A stretch of 64,000 nucleotides of DNA, taken from assembly GCA_038087875.1 (NCBI GenBank), contig CM075990.1, positions 7,504,001 through 7,568,000 on the forward strand, written 5' to 3'. Each line of letters opens with the position of its first letter. The first letter of the stretch is position 1. This document shows positions 47,636 through 59,115 of this stretch, piece after piece. The position numbers and the translations under genes were made by a program. The DNA comes from Malacoraja senta. Lineage: Eukaryota. The notes under the pieces are model-generated. The model did not search any database. It saw only the letters and a program-made list of their open reading frames with translations, and was not told the origin of the DNA.

Positions 47636-47849
47636 GCAGGAGTGAGGGTGCGCTGCATAGTTATGTAGTACTGAGGTATCACTGTCAAAGGGGGAGGACT
47701 GGGAGGGGGCTGTAAAATCAGAGAGGGAGTATCAAGGGAACTGTATATTTGGAGAGAAACAGTGAGGGTGCTATGCATTGTTGGTGGGACAATATCAAAG
47801 GTCTGTTGTAGGTCTAATTGCAGGGGTAATGGTGAGATAATGCTGCATA

Positions 47850-48333
47850 GTGGGAGAGTCTAGGACTCGAGGTCATAGACTCAGAATTAAAGGACATTCT
47901 TTTAGGAAGGAGATGAGGAGAAATGTCTTTAGTCAGAGGGTGGTGAATATGTGTAATTCTTTGCCACAGAGGCTGTGGAGGCCATCAATGGATATTGTTA
48001 AGGCAGAGATAGATAGATTCTTGATTTGTACAGGTGTCAGAGGTTATGGGAAAAGGCAGGAGAATGGGGTTAGGAGGGAGAGATAGATCAGCCATGATTG
48101 AATGGCGGAGTAGACTTGATGGGCCGAATGGCAATTCTGCTCCTATTCCTTATGACCTTATTGTTGGAGGGGCAGTATCGACTGAGCATTGCGTAATGGG
48201 AATCAAGGGATATGGGGAAAAAGCAGGAACGGGGTACTGATTTTGTATGATCAGCCATGATCATATTGAATGGCGGTGCTGGCTCAAGTGGCGGAATGCC
48301 TACTCCTGCACTTATTTTCTATGTTTCTATATG
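47850..48333 (+). mobile_element. Two CR1 3' fragments (47850-48160; 48198-48333)
   Basis: ESRTRGH...RVVNMCNSLP; two distinct tails. Confidence 0.88.
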
Positions 48334-48399
48334 ATTCAGCATATTCAGAGGGGCCGTGTGGAGGTGGCTATGGTGGTGAGAACATTATACTGTTGAAGG

Positions 48400-48702
48400 A
48401 ACGGGACGGAGGAAGGGTTAGACTGTTGGAGAGTTTCCAGACTAAATGTTAAAGCTGTCGCCTCATCTACTTGATCCAATTGAGGTATGGATCCCATGGG
48501 CCTTCAACAATAACAGCAAAAGTACAGAACATCTGATCACTCATCTCAATGTACTGCTGTTTATCAGAAATGCATCAGTGCAAGTGGTCTGCGTTTATTC
48601 CCTGCAGTTTAAGACCAATGACAATTGGGAAGCTCTTCTTTAGTGGCGGAGCTCTTTGGTGCATCCTGCCATTGGGAAAAGCTCTGGGAAAACGCAGTTT
48701 CA
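48400..48702 (+). mobile_element. Ancient DeuSINE relic
   Basis: ACTGTTGGAG..ATGTTAAA, GATCCCATGG, ACAGA..ATCTGATCA..TGCTGTTT and L2-like tail in Deu-domain order. Confidence 0.55.
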
Positions 48703-49049
48703 TGCTTGCGTCAATAAAGTCAATGCAATCATCGAACTTAGCTGAGAGCTATTAATTAAATCTGAACTTTTATAGGAAAACAAATGCTGATCAGCTCAAA
48801 TATTCACCGTGTCGATGTGCAGGTGGAATTGGCAGAGAGCTAGCGCAATTAATTTATGGCTCCCTACAACAGTTTCCTTGCCAGCTATTCAAACTGTGAG
48901 GATGCTTGCCTGGTGATAGTGGCTTCTCGCTGAACAGAGGTGAGAGCCAGAGCCAGTCGAACCTCCAGGTGCAGAAATTACCACTCAGAACTGTAATGAG
49001 AGCAAATGATGTCTCTGTATGCAGCAGCCAGCTTGGGGAAAATCCACAG

Positions 49050-49300
49050 CACAGGGGTGCAGCTGGTAGAGTTGCTGCCTCACAGCGCCAGAGACACGGT
49101 TCAATCCTGACTACAGGTGCTGTCTATGTGGAGTTTGCATGCTCTCCCTGTGACCCGCGTGGGTTTCCTCCGGGTACTCCTTTATCCTCCCACACCCCAA
49201 GGGGGTGCGGGTTTTGCAGGTCAATCGGCCTGTGTAAGTTGCCCCTCGTGCAGGGAGTGCATGAGAAAGTGGGATCACATAGATCACAGTGATCACTCGC
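49050..49300 (+). mobile_element. HE1-like SINE
   Basis: Head and V-domain. Confidence 0.85.
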
Positions 49301-49574
49301 GCATCATAGGGATATGGGAGGTAACGAGTGTGGTCGTGGGAGCGAGGAGGATCTTGCCAGCATTACTCTATGAGACTGCTAGGAAAGATATGTTAATTTA
49401 CAGGACAACAAGGTTACGGCTGATCTGATCTCGATCTTCACTATCAATCGCTGCCAAACTGTCCATGAATATATTCAAGTTTTCAATATCCATGCTTCAT
49501 CAGAATAGAGAATTCCAAAGAATCACAAAGCTCTGACATAAAATCAAATTCCTCTATATCTGGCTTTTCATAAG

Positions 49575-50035
49575 TTCATATATACGATAAGAGCAGAATT
49601 AGGCCATTTGGCCCATCAGGTCTACTCTGCCACCATTCAATCATGGCTGATCTCTCTTTCCCTCTTAACCCCCTAAACCTTCCTTCTCCCCATGACCCCT
49701 GACCTGTACTAATCAAGAATCTTTCTATCTCTGCCTTAAAAATGTCCATTGACTTGTCCTCAATAGTCTTCTCTGGCAAAGAATTCCACATCTTCACCAC
49801 CCTCTGACTAAATAAATTCCTCCTCAAATCCTTCCAAAAGGCATGTCCTTTCATTCTGAGGCTGTGGCCTCTGGTCCTAGACCTCTCCCACTAATGGAAA
49901 CATCCTCTCCATATCTACTCTACCCAAGCCTTTCACTATACAGCAAGTTTCGGAGGAAACCCACACACACAGAAACTCACGCAGTAAGTTTCAATGAGGT
50001 GTCCCCTCATCCTTCTTTACTCTAGCGAGTACAGG
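49575..50035 (-). mobile_element. CR1 3' fragment
   Basis: ORF 49576-49854 QRVVKMWNSLPEK... Confidence 0.88.
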
Positions 50036-51241
50036 CTTAAGTGGGTTTAAGTATGGTATTAAGTCCATTAAATAGTCCACTTATTCTGGACCTTAGCCGC
50101 CTACTTTTAGAATCCACCGTGGCGTAGGAATGTGTTGCGAGTGATATTCAGTAATACAAAAGCAAATAAACAATGCACCATTTATTTACTCAAGGCATTG
50201 ACCCAGGCAATCTTGGATCAGTGAACATTTGGGCACAATTGAAAGTATGGTCCATGAATGCAAGTGGAAAGAAGTACAAAGTGAGGCATATTGCAAAGTC
50301 CTTTGTTCCACACCTGGGGAATGTCATGGATGAGCCCCCTCTCTGATATGAGGGCAGGAAAATGTCAGTTTTATGACAAATATATGATTCAAAAAGCAAA
50401 GCAAGAAGCAAGTTCAGTAATTCCGCAGACACACAAACATTCGTCCTTTGAACCTTATCAACTGGAGTGCTCCCTTCTCTGTCCAATAATAATAGTAAAT
50501 GCAGAATCTGCTGAAGAGTAAATCTATTCCAAACATTGGCCATTGGAATTAATTTCCTCCATAATTTGCAGACTCTCTGTTTGCATTATGATATTCAACA
50601 CGCAAGCTGTGCTTTGCTCCTGCACATGGGTTATGCACACAGGCAATAACACTATCACGCACGCTGACTGTACACACAAAGGGTGGTGGGTGTATGGAAC
50701 GAGCTGCCAGAGGAGGTAGTTGAGGCTGGGACTATAGCAACGTTTAAGAAACAATTAGACAGGTACATGGACTGGACAGGTTTGGAGGGATATGGGCCAA
50801 ATGTAGGCAGGTGGGACTAGTGGAGATGGGACATATTGGCCGGTGTGGGCAAGCTGGGTCGAAGGTCCTGTTTCCGTACTGTATGACTCTACTAGTCTGC
50901 AGAAGGTTCTCGACCCGAAACGTCACATATTCCTTTACTCCAGAGATGCCGCCTGACCCGCTGAGTTGCTCCAGCTTTTGTGTCTATCTAAGGTTTAGAA
51001 GGATGTGGGCCAAACACAGTCAGGTGGACTAGTGTAGATGGGACATGTTGATCGGTGTGGGCAAGTTGGGCTGAAGGGCTTGTTTCCATGCTGTATCACT
51101 CTATGACTCTATATAACTCCAGGACATCTTCATTGCTGTGTGAGGATGACGTTTTTCACAGAAAAACAGTTGTACTTATAAAAATGTGAATTTCTAACCA
51201 GTGGTTAACATACACTATGAGCTTTGTCGCTCTATCTTCAG

Positions 51242-52232
51242 GATGGCACAGTGGCACAGCTGGTAGAGCTGCTTCCTCACAGCGCCAAAGTCCTGACCTC
51301 AGATGCTGACCGCGTGGAGTTTGCACATTCGCCCTGTGACTGTGTGGGTTTCCTCCGGGTGCACCGGTTTCCTCCCACATTCCAAAGACGTGCAGGTTAA
51401 AAGGTTACTTGTCGTCTGTAAATTGCCACAATTGGATAGAGTAAGTAAGTAAGTAAGTAAGTAAGTTTATTGGCCAAGTATTCACATACAAGGAATTTGC
51501 CTTGGTGCTCCGCCCACAAGTAACAACATGACATACAGTGACAGTTACGAATGACTCAGAAAACACTAAACATTAATAATAATAAAACATTAATGAGAAA
51601 ACACCATTGATCAAGCATGTGAACCAACAAAATACCAGATCAAAGGGAGGCTACAGATTTTTGGCTGTTGAGTAGAGCAACTTTGAGAACAATTGGATAG
51701 AGTATGCTAGCATAGAACTGGTTAACATAGAACATAATACTGGTTATATTCACATACAACTGGTTAGCAGGTTAGCATAGAACTAGGGCCTGTTTCAATG
51801 CTGTATCTCAGTTTAGCTTAGAGATACAGCACAGAAACAGGCCCTTCCGCCCACTGAGAGCACCGACCAGCGATCCCCACACAATAACACTATCCCACAC
51901 ACACTGGGGACAATTTACAATTTTACCAAGCCAATTAGCCTACAAACATAGATAGAATAGAAAATAGGTGCAGGAGGAGGTCATTCAGCCCTTGGAGCCA
52001 GCACCGCCATTCATTACGATCATGGCTGATCGTCCCCAATCAATAACCCGTGCCTGCCTTCTCCCCATATCCATATCCCTGTACATCTTTGGAGTGCGGG
52101 GGGAAACCGGAACTCTTGAAAAAAAAACACGCAGGTCACAGGGAGAACATACAAACCCATACACAGAGCATCTGTAGTCATGATCTCTGGCTGTAAGGCG
52201 GTAACTCTACTGCTGTGTCACTGTGACACCCT
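51242..52232. mobile_element. Tail-to-tail HE1-like SINE pair (51242-51812 +, 51810-52232 -) with nested insertions
   Basis: Rex1-type tail 51444-51688 with 16-bp TSD ACAATTGGATAGAGTA; CR1 tail 51945-52072. Confidence 0.85.
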
Positions 52233-52662
52233 AAAACTAAAACTAAAAACTACGCTCATCTGGAGATGAAACATTTATTGCTTTATATTTCTGATACTCT
52301 CTCTGAGCAGAGACTGGCGGTTTTACCCGGGGAGCATTGGCCAAATTACACCCATCGATTCTACTCTGATAAAGCTATAAAACAGAAGTGCCCTTTGGGC
52401 AGAGGCTTAAGATATAGAAAATAACGTACTGGTCCATTGAACATATAGTGCTGCCTTTCATTGGACAATGTACAGGTCACTCTGCTGCACAGTGAAAAAA
52501 TCAGAGCAAATCAATGGCTCTGTCTCTTCGCAAAGTCCCAAGGAGTACTTAGCAATCAAAATGGAACCAGATTGCATTCAGAGATGCGTCCATCCTTACA
52601 ACATAGGTCAGCATATGGAAATCACATTTGCCTCTCTCAATGGTGTTAAATGGACAACCATC

Positions 52663-52955
52663 CAGGCGACATAGTGGGTAAAGTTGCTGCCTTTCAGTGC
52701 CAGGGACCCAGGTTCGATCCTGACGACGGATGCTTGTTGGTACAGCGCTTGTATGTTCTCCCCGTGACCTGCGATGGTTTTCTCCAGGTGCTCCGGTGTT
52801 CTCCCACACTCCAAGATGTACAGGGTTGCAGGTTAATTGGCATGGGTAAAATTGTAAATTGCCCTTAGTGTGTGTAGGATAGTGTAAGTGTGCGGGGATC
52901 GGACTCGCTGGGACAACGGGCCTGTTTCCGCCATGTATCTCTATACTAAGCTGAA
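52663..52955 (+). mobile_element. HE1-like SINE
   Basis: B box GGTTCGATCC, V-domain, tail. Confidence 0.88.
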
Positions 52956-53707
52956 GGAAACGGTCAGCAAGACTCGATCAATCTTTGATAATTGCCACGG
53001 TGCTTGTGATGAAGTGTGTTGATTCCTGGTCGATGTGAGCATTCAACTCCTCCAGTAATCATCAGGCAAGCATTCAGATATCACACACGTACATCCAGGT
53101 GATGTGGGAATGGAGAGAATCCCTATGGAGAACTTTCTTGAGAAGCTGCTGTTCACCTCTGATGTGCTCCTTTCATGAATATAAATAGTATCGGGAGCGC
53201 ATCGCGTCTTCCACGCGATGTAGGTTTGAACATTAATCTGAAGCAACTAAAGCTGGAAATCTCTGCCATGTGCAGTGTTATTAAAGAGTCTCCCTCCACC
53301 CAACTAAACCTAAAGGGACCTCAAAGAAACAGCCTTTTTGTCAGCTCACAGGATGTAGGCAGCGATGCCAAGGCTAACTTGTTTTGTTTATCGGCCATTG
53401 CCTTGGAGAACATGGTGTCCGCTGCCGTCTTCTTGAGCCACTGTGATGAGATTAGAGGGCTTTGTTTGTTCCACTGAGTGGAGGACTGGAGCTCTGTTGC
53501 TGCATATTGATTGTGTTGGGCTAGGTGTTGTTGGATGTACGCCGTGTCATCACCAGGTCAGTGCCTTGTTCTCAAGTCCATCTCCTCATTGATGCACCAC
53601 GATGGAGATCTTAGGGAATACACTGGGCGAGGAGGTTGTAGGTTTTGGTGGAATGCTGTTCTACTGTAGATGACCAACGCATCTCATGGATATTCAGCTT
53701 TGGGCAG

Positions 53708-53809
53708 AAATTGGACACAAAAAGCTGGAGTAACTCAGCGGGACAAGCAGCATTTCTGCAGAGAAGGAATGGGTGACGTTTCAGATCAAACCCTTCTTTA
53801 GACAGAGTC
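53708..53809 (-). mobile_element. Solo PLE terminal-repeat fragment
   Basis: 19-bp perfect TSD GATATTCAGCTTTGGGCAG (53689-53707, 53810-53828). Confidence 0.85.
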
Positions 53810-53909
53810 GATATTCAGCTTTGGGCAGCCAGATATCTCCTTAGCGTCCGCCAATGTTGGTGTCATGTCAACATAGCGGTAGATTAGCCGGTCAGATGTT
53901 TACACAGGG

Positions 53910-54178
53910 ATTAGAGATACAGCTTGGAAACAGGCCCTTCGGCCCACCGAGTCAGTGCCGACCAGCGATCACCCATACACTAGTTCTATCCTACACACTA
54001 GGGACAATTTACAGAAGGCAATTAACCTACAAACCTGCACGTCTTTGGCATGTGGGAGGAAACCAGAGCACCCAGAGGAAACCAATGTGGTCACGGGGAG
54101 AACATACAAATTCCATACAGACAGCACCCGTAGTCAGGATCGAACCTGGGTCCTCTACCGCTGCGCCACCGTGCTGCC
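53910..54178 (-). mobile_element. HE1-like SINE
   Basis: Head (anticodon arm deleted), V-domain, tail. Confidence 0.9.
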
Positions 54179-54916
54179 CTTTCATTGTGCAGAGCTGCCG
54201 AGAGAGTGATTTAGACACTTGGATAAGAAGTCAAGAGGAGCAAGTGATGATTTTATGTCCAACTTGTCTCCTGTCCTTCACTATAGCAACTCCAATCCAA
54301 ACAAACCCTTGTCTAGGTTGTTAACCAACCCTGTGTGTTTCCTGGGGCAAGGAGAAACCCCTTGTAAATGCAAGCTCTGCCTTTTAAGGTGAATGCTTAT
54401 ATGATGTAACTGACACATTTATGATTTATTCTAGGGCAAATGAGTACAGTGTAGCAGAGAAAAAAGAATTGACTCTAATTAGTCTAAAAGAGTGTATTGA
54501 GCAAATAACAGGGCCCAGAGATGTTATGGGAAACTGTAATATCTAACTGCTCTGCAAGGAGTCACAGTGACAATTTTGGGAGATGATGGAGAAACAGGTT
54601 TTGTAGTTCCCTTGCGAACCATGAGTGTAGAGAAGATTCCATCTCTAAGCAGCTATCTGCTATCGCTAATAAATAGTTCACTTTTGAAAAATTGGCACCA
54701 TTTATTGGAGATGAAATGACCTCATTTTTCAGTTAGTTGAAGGGATGGCCTGTATGCAGCTTGGAGCCCTGAGATATTGAGATAGTTAAGCTTTCATGCT
54801 GGAGTTACTTTTGATGCAGTGTTGCCAACCCCCAGTGGCAAGACGAGAACTACTCTTCCCCACCACCCGACACGAGGTTTGGTCATTACAGTTCCATCAA
54901 GGTTGATCAATTAGTC

Positions 54917-55078
54917 GAAGGTAGACACAACATGCTGGAGTAACTCAGCGGGACAGGCAGCATCTCTGGAGAGAAGGAATGGGTGACGTTTCTGGTCGAG
55001 ACCCTTCTTCAGACTGAGTTACTCCAGCATTTTGTGTCCACCTTTGATTTATACCAGCATCTGCAGTTCTTTCCTGAA
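54917..55078. mobile_element. Fold-back PLE repeat dimer
   Basis: Inverted partial arms; TSD CAATTAGTC. Confidence 0.8.
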
Positions 55079-55845
55079 CAATTAGTCTCGCAAATCAAAA
55101 GGAAGAGCAACTAGTGGCATTTTCTTTGCTTCTGATGGTTTCATCATTTAATTGAGTGAGGATTTCTTGACATGGATTAATCACTGGATTTACATATTGG
55201 CTTTCAATCCCAATCTACATATGTACTCTCATATGTTATGTGTTTAATAAGGGTTGAATGGTTCGATTTGCTATGTTGCAACCTAACAACAAATGCTGTA
55301 TGCATTCGATTATTTGGTTGATTGTCTTTACATTTTAATTGCTATCGGTTTATGGACAGGTGATTTCACTATTTGACTTTTTTTCTGAAATCACTCTTCC
55401 ACACTTGCTGGGCAATGTGAGGTTCTATTGAAGATGTTGCATTCAGACAGGCTGTCAGCCACGCCAGTGTGCCCTGATCATTTCTCAGGGTTGTAGCACT
55501 GTAAGGCTTTAAAATCCTTGCACGTCGCACCACTTTTCTCTGTGCTGCACAATGGGATTTGTATTTAAAAAACCTGATTCCATACACACTGCACGCCTGG
55601 TAATTTGGCTGTGGTCCTCCATACAAATGCTCCCACATACTAATACTTCTGAAGCACAGGAGCCTCCGCTGCAGAGCCAGATCAGAACCGCAGTCAGACT
55701 TACCCAGATCTACACCTCACCGAGACCCAGACCAAGATCTTACCTCGTGGATCACCGAGAACCCAGCCCCACCCTGGACCTGTGTTTCCAGGTTCTTCTT
55801 GTGATGAGGATTTGTGATTCCTCCAAGGGCTGCTATTTTTTCTTC

Positions 55846-56197
55846 TGTGCAGGAGGAACTGCAGATGCTGGTTTACACCGAAGATAGACACAAAATGCTG
55901 GAGTAACTCAGCAGGACAGGCAGCGTCTCTGGAGAGAAGGCATGGGTGACGTTTCAGGTTGAGACCCACCTTCGGACCGAGAGTCAGGGGAGGGGGAAAC
56001 CAGAGATATGGAAGAGTAAGGTGTGAAAATGACAGATCAAAGCAGACGATGATGGAGGAAATGTCGAATGGTTCATTGTTGGCTGAGGGGAAGGTGACTA
56101 GCAGGCATACAATCAGTAAAATTAATCAGAAGAACAGTGAAACTAGTTGGAGATATAGGGTGGGGGATGGAGAGAGAGGAAAAGCAAGGGTTATTTC
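55846..56197 (-). mobile_element. PLE 3' end (terminal repeat + 3'UTR)
   Basis: Collinear with 44023-44360. Confidence 0.75.
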
Positions 56198-56504
56198 TTA
56201 TTACATCTTAAAGACATTCTGGTTGTTGTAAAATCACTCTTACGGTCGGTGGTTGATGGGAGAATCAGTGGTGTGTTAATGACTCATGTGAGTGGGTGGC
56301 TTACGGGAAAATAAATGGGGGAACAGGAATGATGGGTTTGCTCGCGAGCCAGCATCGAATCAACAGGCAGAATGGCCTCCTTCAACATTGAAAGGAATTA
56401 TGCGTTATGTGTAAATTCAAGAATGCATGTTTCATTTCAACATTGAAGTCGTCCATTCTGCCTCATGAGTCGACGCTGGCTCCAGAGCAACCCCGTCATT
56501 CCGA

Positions 56505-56803
56505 GTTTAGTTCAGTTTAGATTCAGCACGGAATCAGACCCTTCGGCCCACCGAGTCTGCACTGACCAGCGATCGCCGCATATTAACACTATCCTACTAT
56601 CCTACACACACCTGGGACAGTTTCACATTCATACCAGGCCAATTAACCTTCAAACCTGTACGTCTCTGGAGTGTGGGAGGAAACAGGAGATCTCAGTGAA
56701 AACCCACGCAGGTCACGGGGGGAACGTACAAACTCCATACAGACAAGCACCCGTAGTCAGGATCGAACCTGTAAGGCAGTAGCTGTACCGTTGCGCCACC
56801 GTC
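56505..56803 (-). mobile_element. HE1-like SINE
   Basis: Head, V-domain, tail. Confidence 0.88.
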
Positions 56804-57628
56804 CCATCCTATAATTTCACCAATTATTTCCTTCTAAACCACCCACTCACACACACCATTAGCACGCCACTGACCCAAAAGTTGATTTCACACTAAAATC
56901 TATATGGAGCGCAGGAAGATTGATTGTTAAGCTTAGACGTTTAATTGTTTTAATATTACATGTGCATGTTGACAAAGTATGGGTGCATGGTTAAAGCAAG
57001 GCTCCAATTTCAAGTCCATCTTCCTCACCACTTAATGCACCAAATTTCCAACATGCTTTGTGCTGGCGTGGAAGCTAAACTACAGGATGAACAGTTATGC
57101 TCAAGAGCCAGACTCACCCAGTCATTGAGTTGGGGGGAGCACATGACGGTCGTGTTTATATATACCTGAAGGCTGAATTGTGGTGAAAATAGTATTCGAC
57201 GATCAAGACCTCAAAGCCAGCACTACCGAGCAGCGGTCATCTCCATGTTTTACACTCTTCAGAGACGTAGAGCACCTCAAATGGGCCAAAGTGGTGAGAC
57301 CAATGTGATGTCCACAATGTCCGAAGTCTATGTCGTCCATTGACAGGAACTCATCGAGGCCAAGAGTGAATGGTGGAAAGACAACCCAACCAACAAGCCC
57401 TTCCTCACCTCCTGTCTTATTTGCAGCCGTCATCTGATCACACAGTAGCCTCAGAAGAGTCTCGATCCGAAAAGTCCTCCTCTCCAGAGATGCTGCCTGT
57501 CCCGCTGAGTTACTCCAGCATTTTGTGTCTATGCACATTAGCCTCGTCAGCTGAGTTAGATCTCACACAACTGGAGATCCCAAGCAACTCTGGTGCTGAG
57601 GGGTTTGGCTAAGAAGAGAAATATATTG

Positions 57629-57753
57629 TTAAAGAAGGAACTGCAGATGCTGGAAAATCGAAGGTACACAAAAATGCTGGAGAAACTCAGCGGGTGCAGC
57701 AGCATCTATGGAGCGAAGGAAATAGGTAACGTTTCGGGCCGAAACCCTTCTTC
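57629..57753 (-). mobile_element. Solo PLE terminal repeat (subtype A) with variant hammerhead core (57728-57755)
   Basis: 14-bp TSD AGAGAAATATATTG; core CTGAAGAAGGGTTTCGGCCCGAAACGTT. Confidence 0.85.
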
Positions 57754-58414
57754 AGAGAAATATATTGATGGGTTACTTACATCTCAGCACAATGCTGCTT
57801 TAAAATCAATTGTTTGAAAGTGTCATATGTCTTCTCTCTGTATCTATGTTTGTTTTGTGATGCTATTGTAGTCATGCATTGTATCTGCATCTCAGCCATG
57901 TAACAGTTCCACAGACATTCAGCCTGAAGAAAGAGCTCAACATGAGAACAGTGGAAAGTCAGAGCAAGAGGATGCCACCATATCACCACCATATTGCCAC
58001 CATATCGCTCAAATCTACCTTGCCGTCCAATATGACCATGGCTGATCTTACCTTGGCCTCAACTCCACATCCGTATCATTTCCCCAGAGCCTTGAGTACC
58101 TCTATCTTTCAAACATCTCCACATTTATATATTTTTAACGATCCGGTCTCAACCACTCCCAGGGGCAGAGAACTGCAAAGATTCACCCCCTCTCAGGGAC
58201 AGTTTCTTCTCGCTGCTCCCCACGGTGATTCCTCCTGCTCTCACACTCTTTTTTTTGCTTATCTTTCATTCATTGTTCTTTATCTCTCTACATAATCGTC
58301 TATATTTTTCCCTAACCAGTCTGAGTAAGGGTCTCGACCCGAAACGTCACCCATTCCTTCTCTCCAGGGATGCTGCCTGTCCCGCTGAGCTACTCCAGTT
58401 TTTTGTGTCTATGT

Positions 58415-58792
58415 ACAGTTTTTTCCCATCTGTATCAGGCAACTGAATCATCCTACCACAACCAGAGAGCAGTGGTGAACTACTATCTACCTCTGATGTC
58501 CCTCGGACTATCCTTGACCGGACTTTGCTGGCTTTACCTTGCACTAAACGTTATTCCTTTATCATGTATCTATACACTGTAAATGACAATAGACAATAGA
58601 CAATAGACAATAGACAATAGACAATAGGTGCAGGAGTAGGCATTTAGCCTTTCGAACCAGCACCGCCATTCAATGTGATCATGGCTGAATGGATTGATTG
58701 TAATCTATTATTCTCTTTCTGTTGACTGGTTAGAACACAACAAAAAGCTTTTCACTGTACCTCGGTACACGTGACAATAAACTAAACTGAAA
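58415..58792 (+). mobile_element. Rex1/Babar-type 3' end with nested CR1 tail and (AGACAAT)n
   Basis: SFFPSVIRQLN-like end; AAAGCTTTTCACTGTACCTCGGTACACGTGACAATAAAC tail. Confidence 0.75.
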
Positions 58793-59115
58793 CTCTAAGA
58801 GAAGAACTTTCTTTGCAGGCACCGCGAACTGCAGATGCGGAAATCTTGCGAAAAACACAAAGTGGTGGAGGAACTCAGTGGGCCATGCAGCATCGGTGGA
58901 GGGAATAGAGAGACAACATTTGGATCAGGACCCTTCTCCAGACTGAAGCATTGCCTATCCATTCCCTCAGAGATGCTGCCTGACCCGTTGAGTTACTCCA
59001 GCACTTTGTGTTTTGCTCAAGTTTCTATGCATTTCGGTTTTAAATGACTGCCCATTATCTTGCAGTTTAAAGTCTAGACATGTAAATAGAGCGCTGCATT
59101 ATAAATGAATATCTA

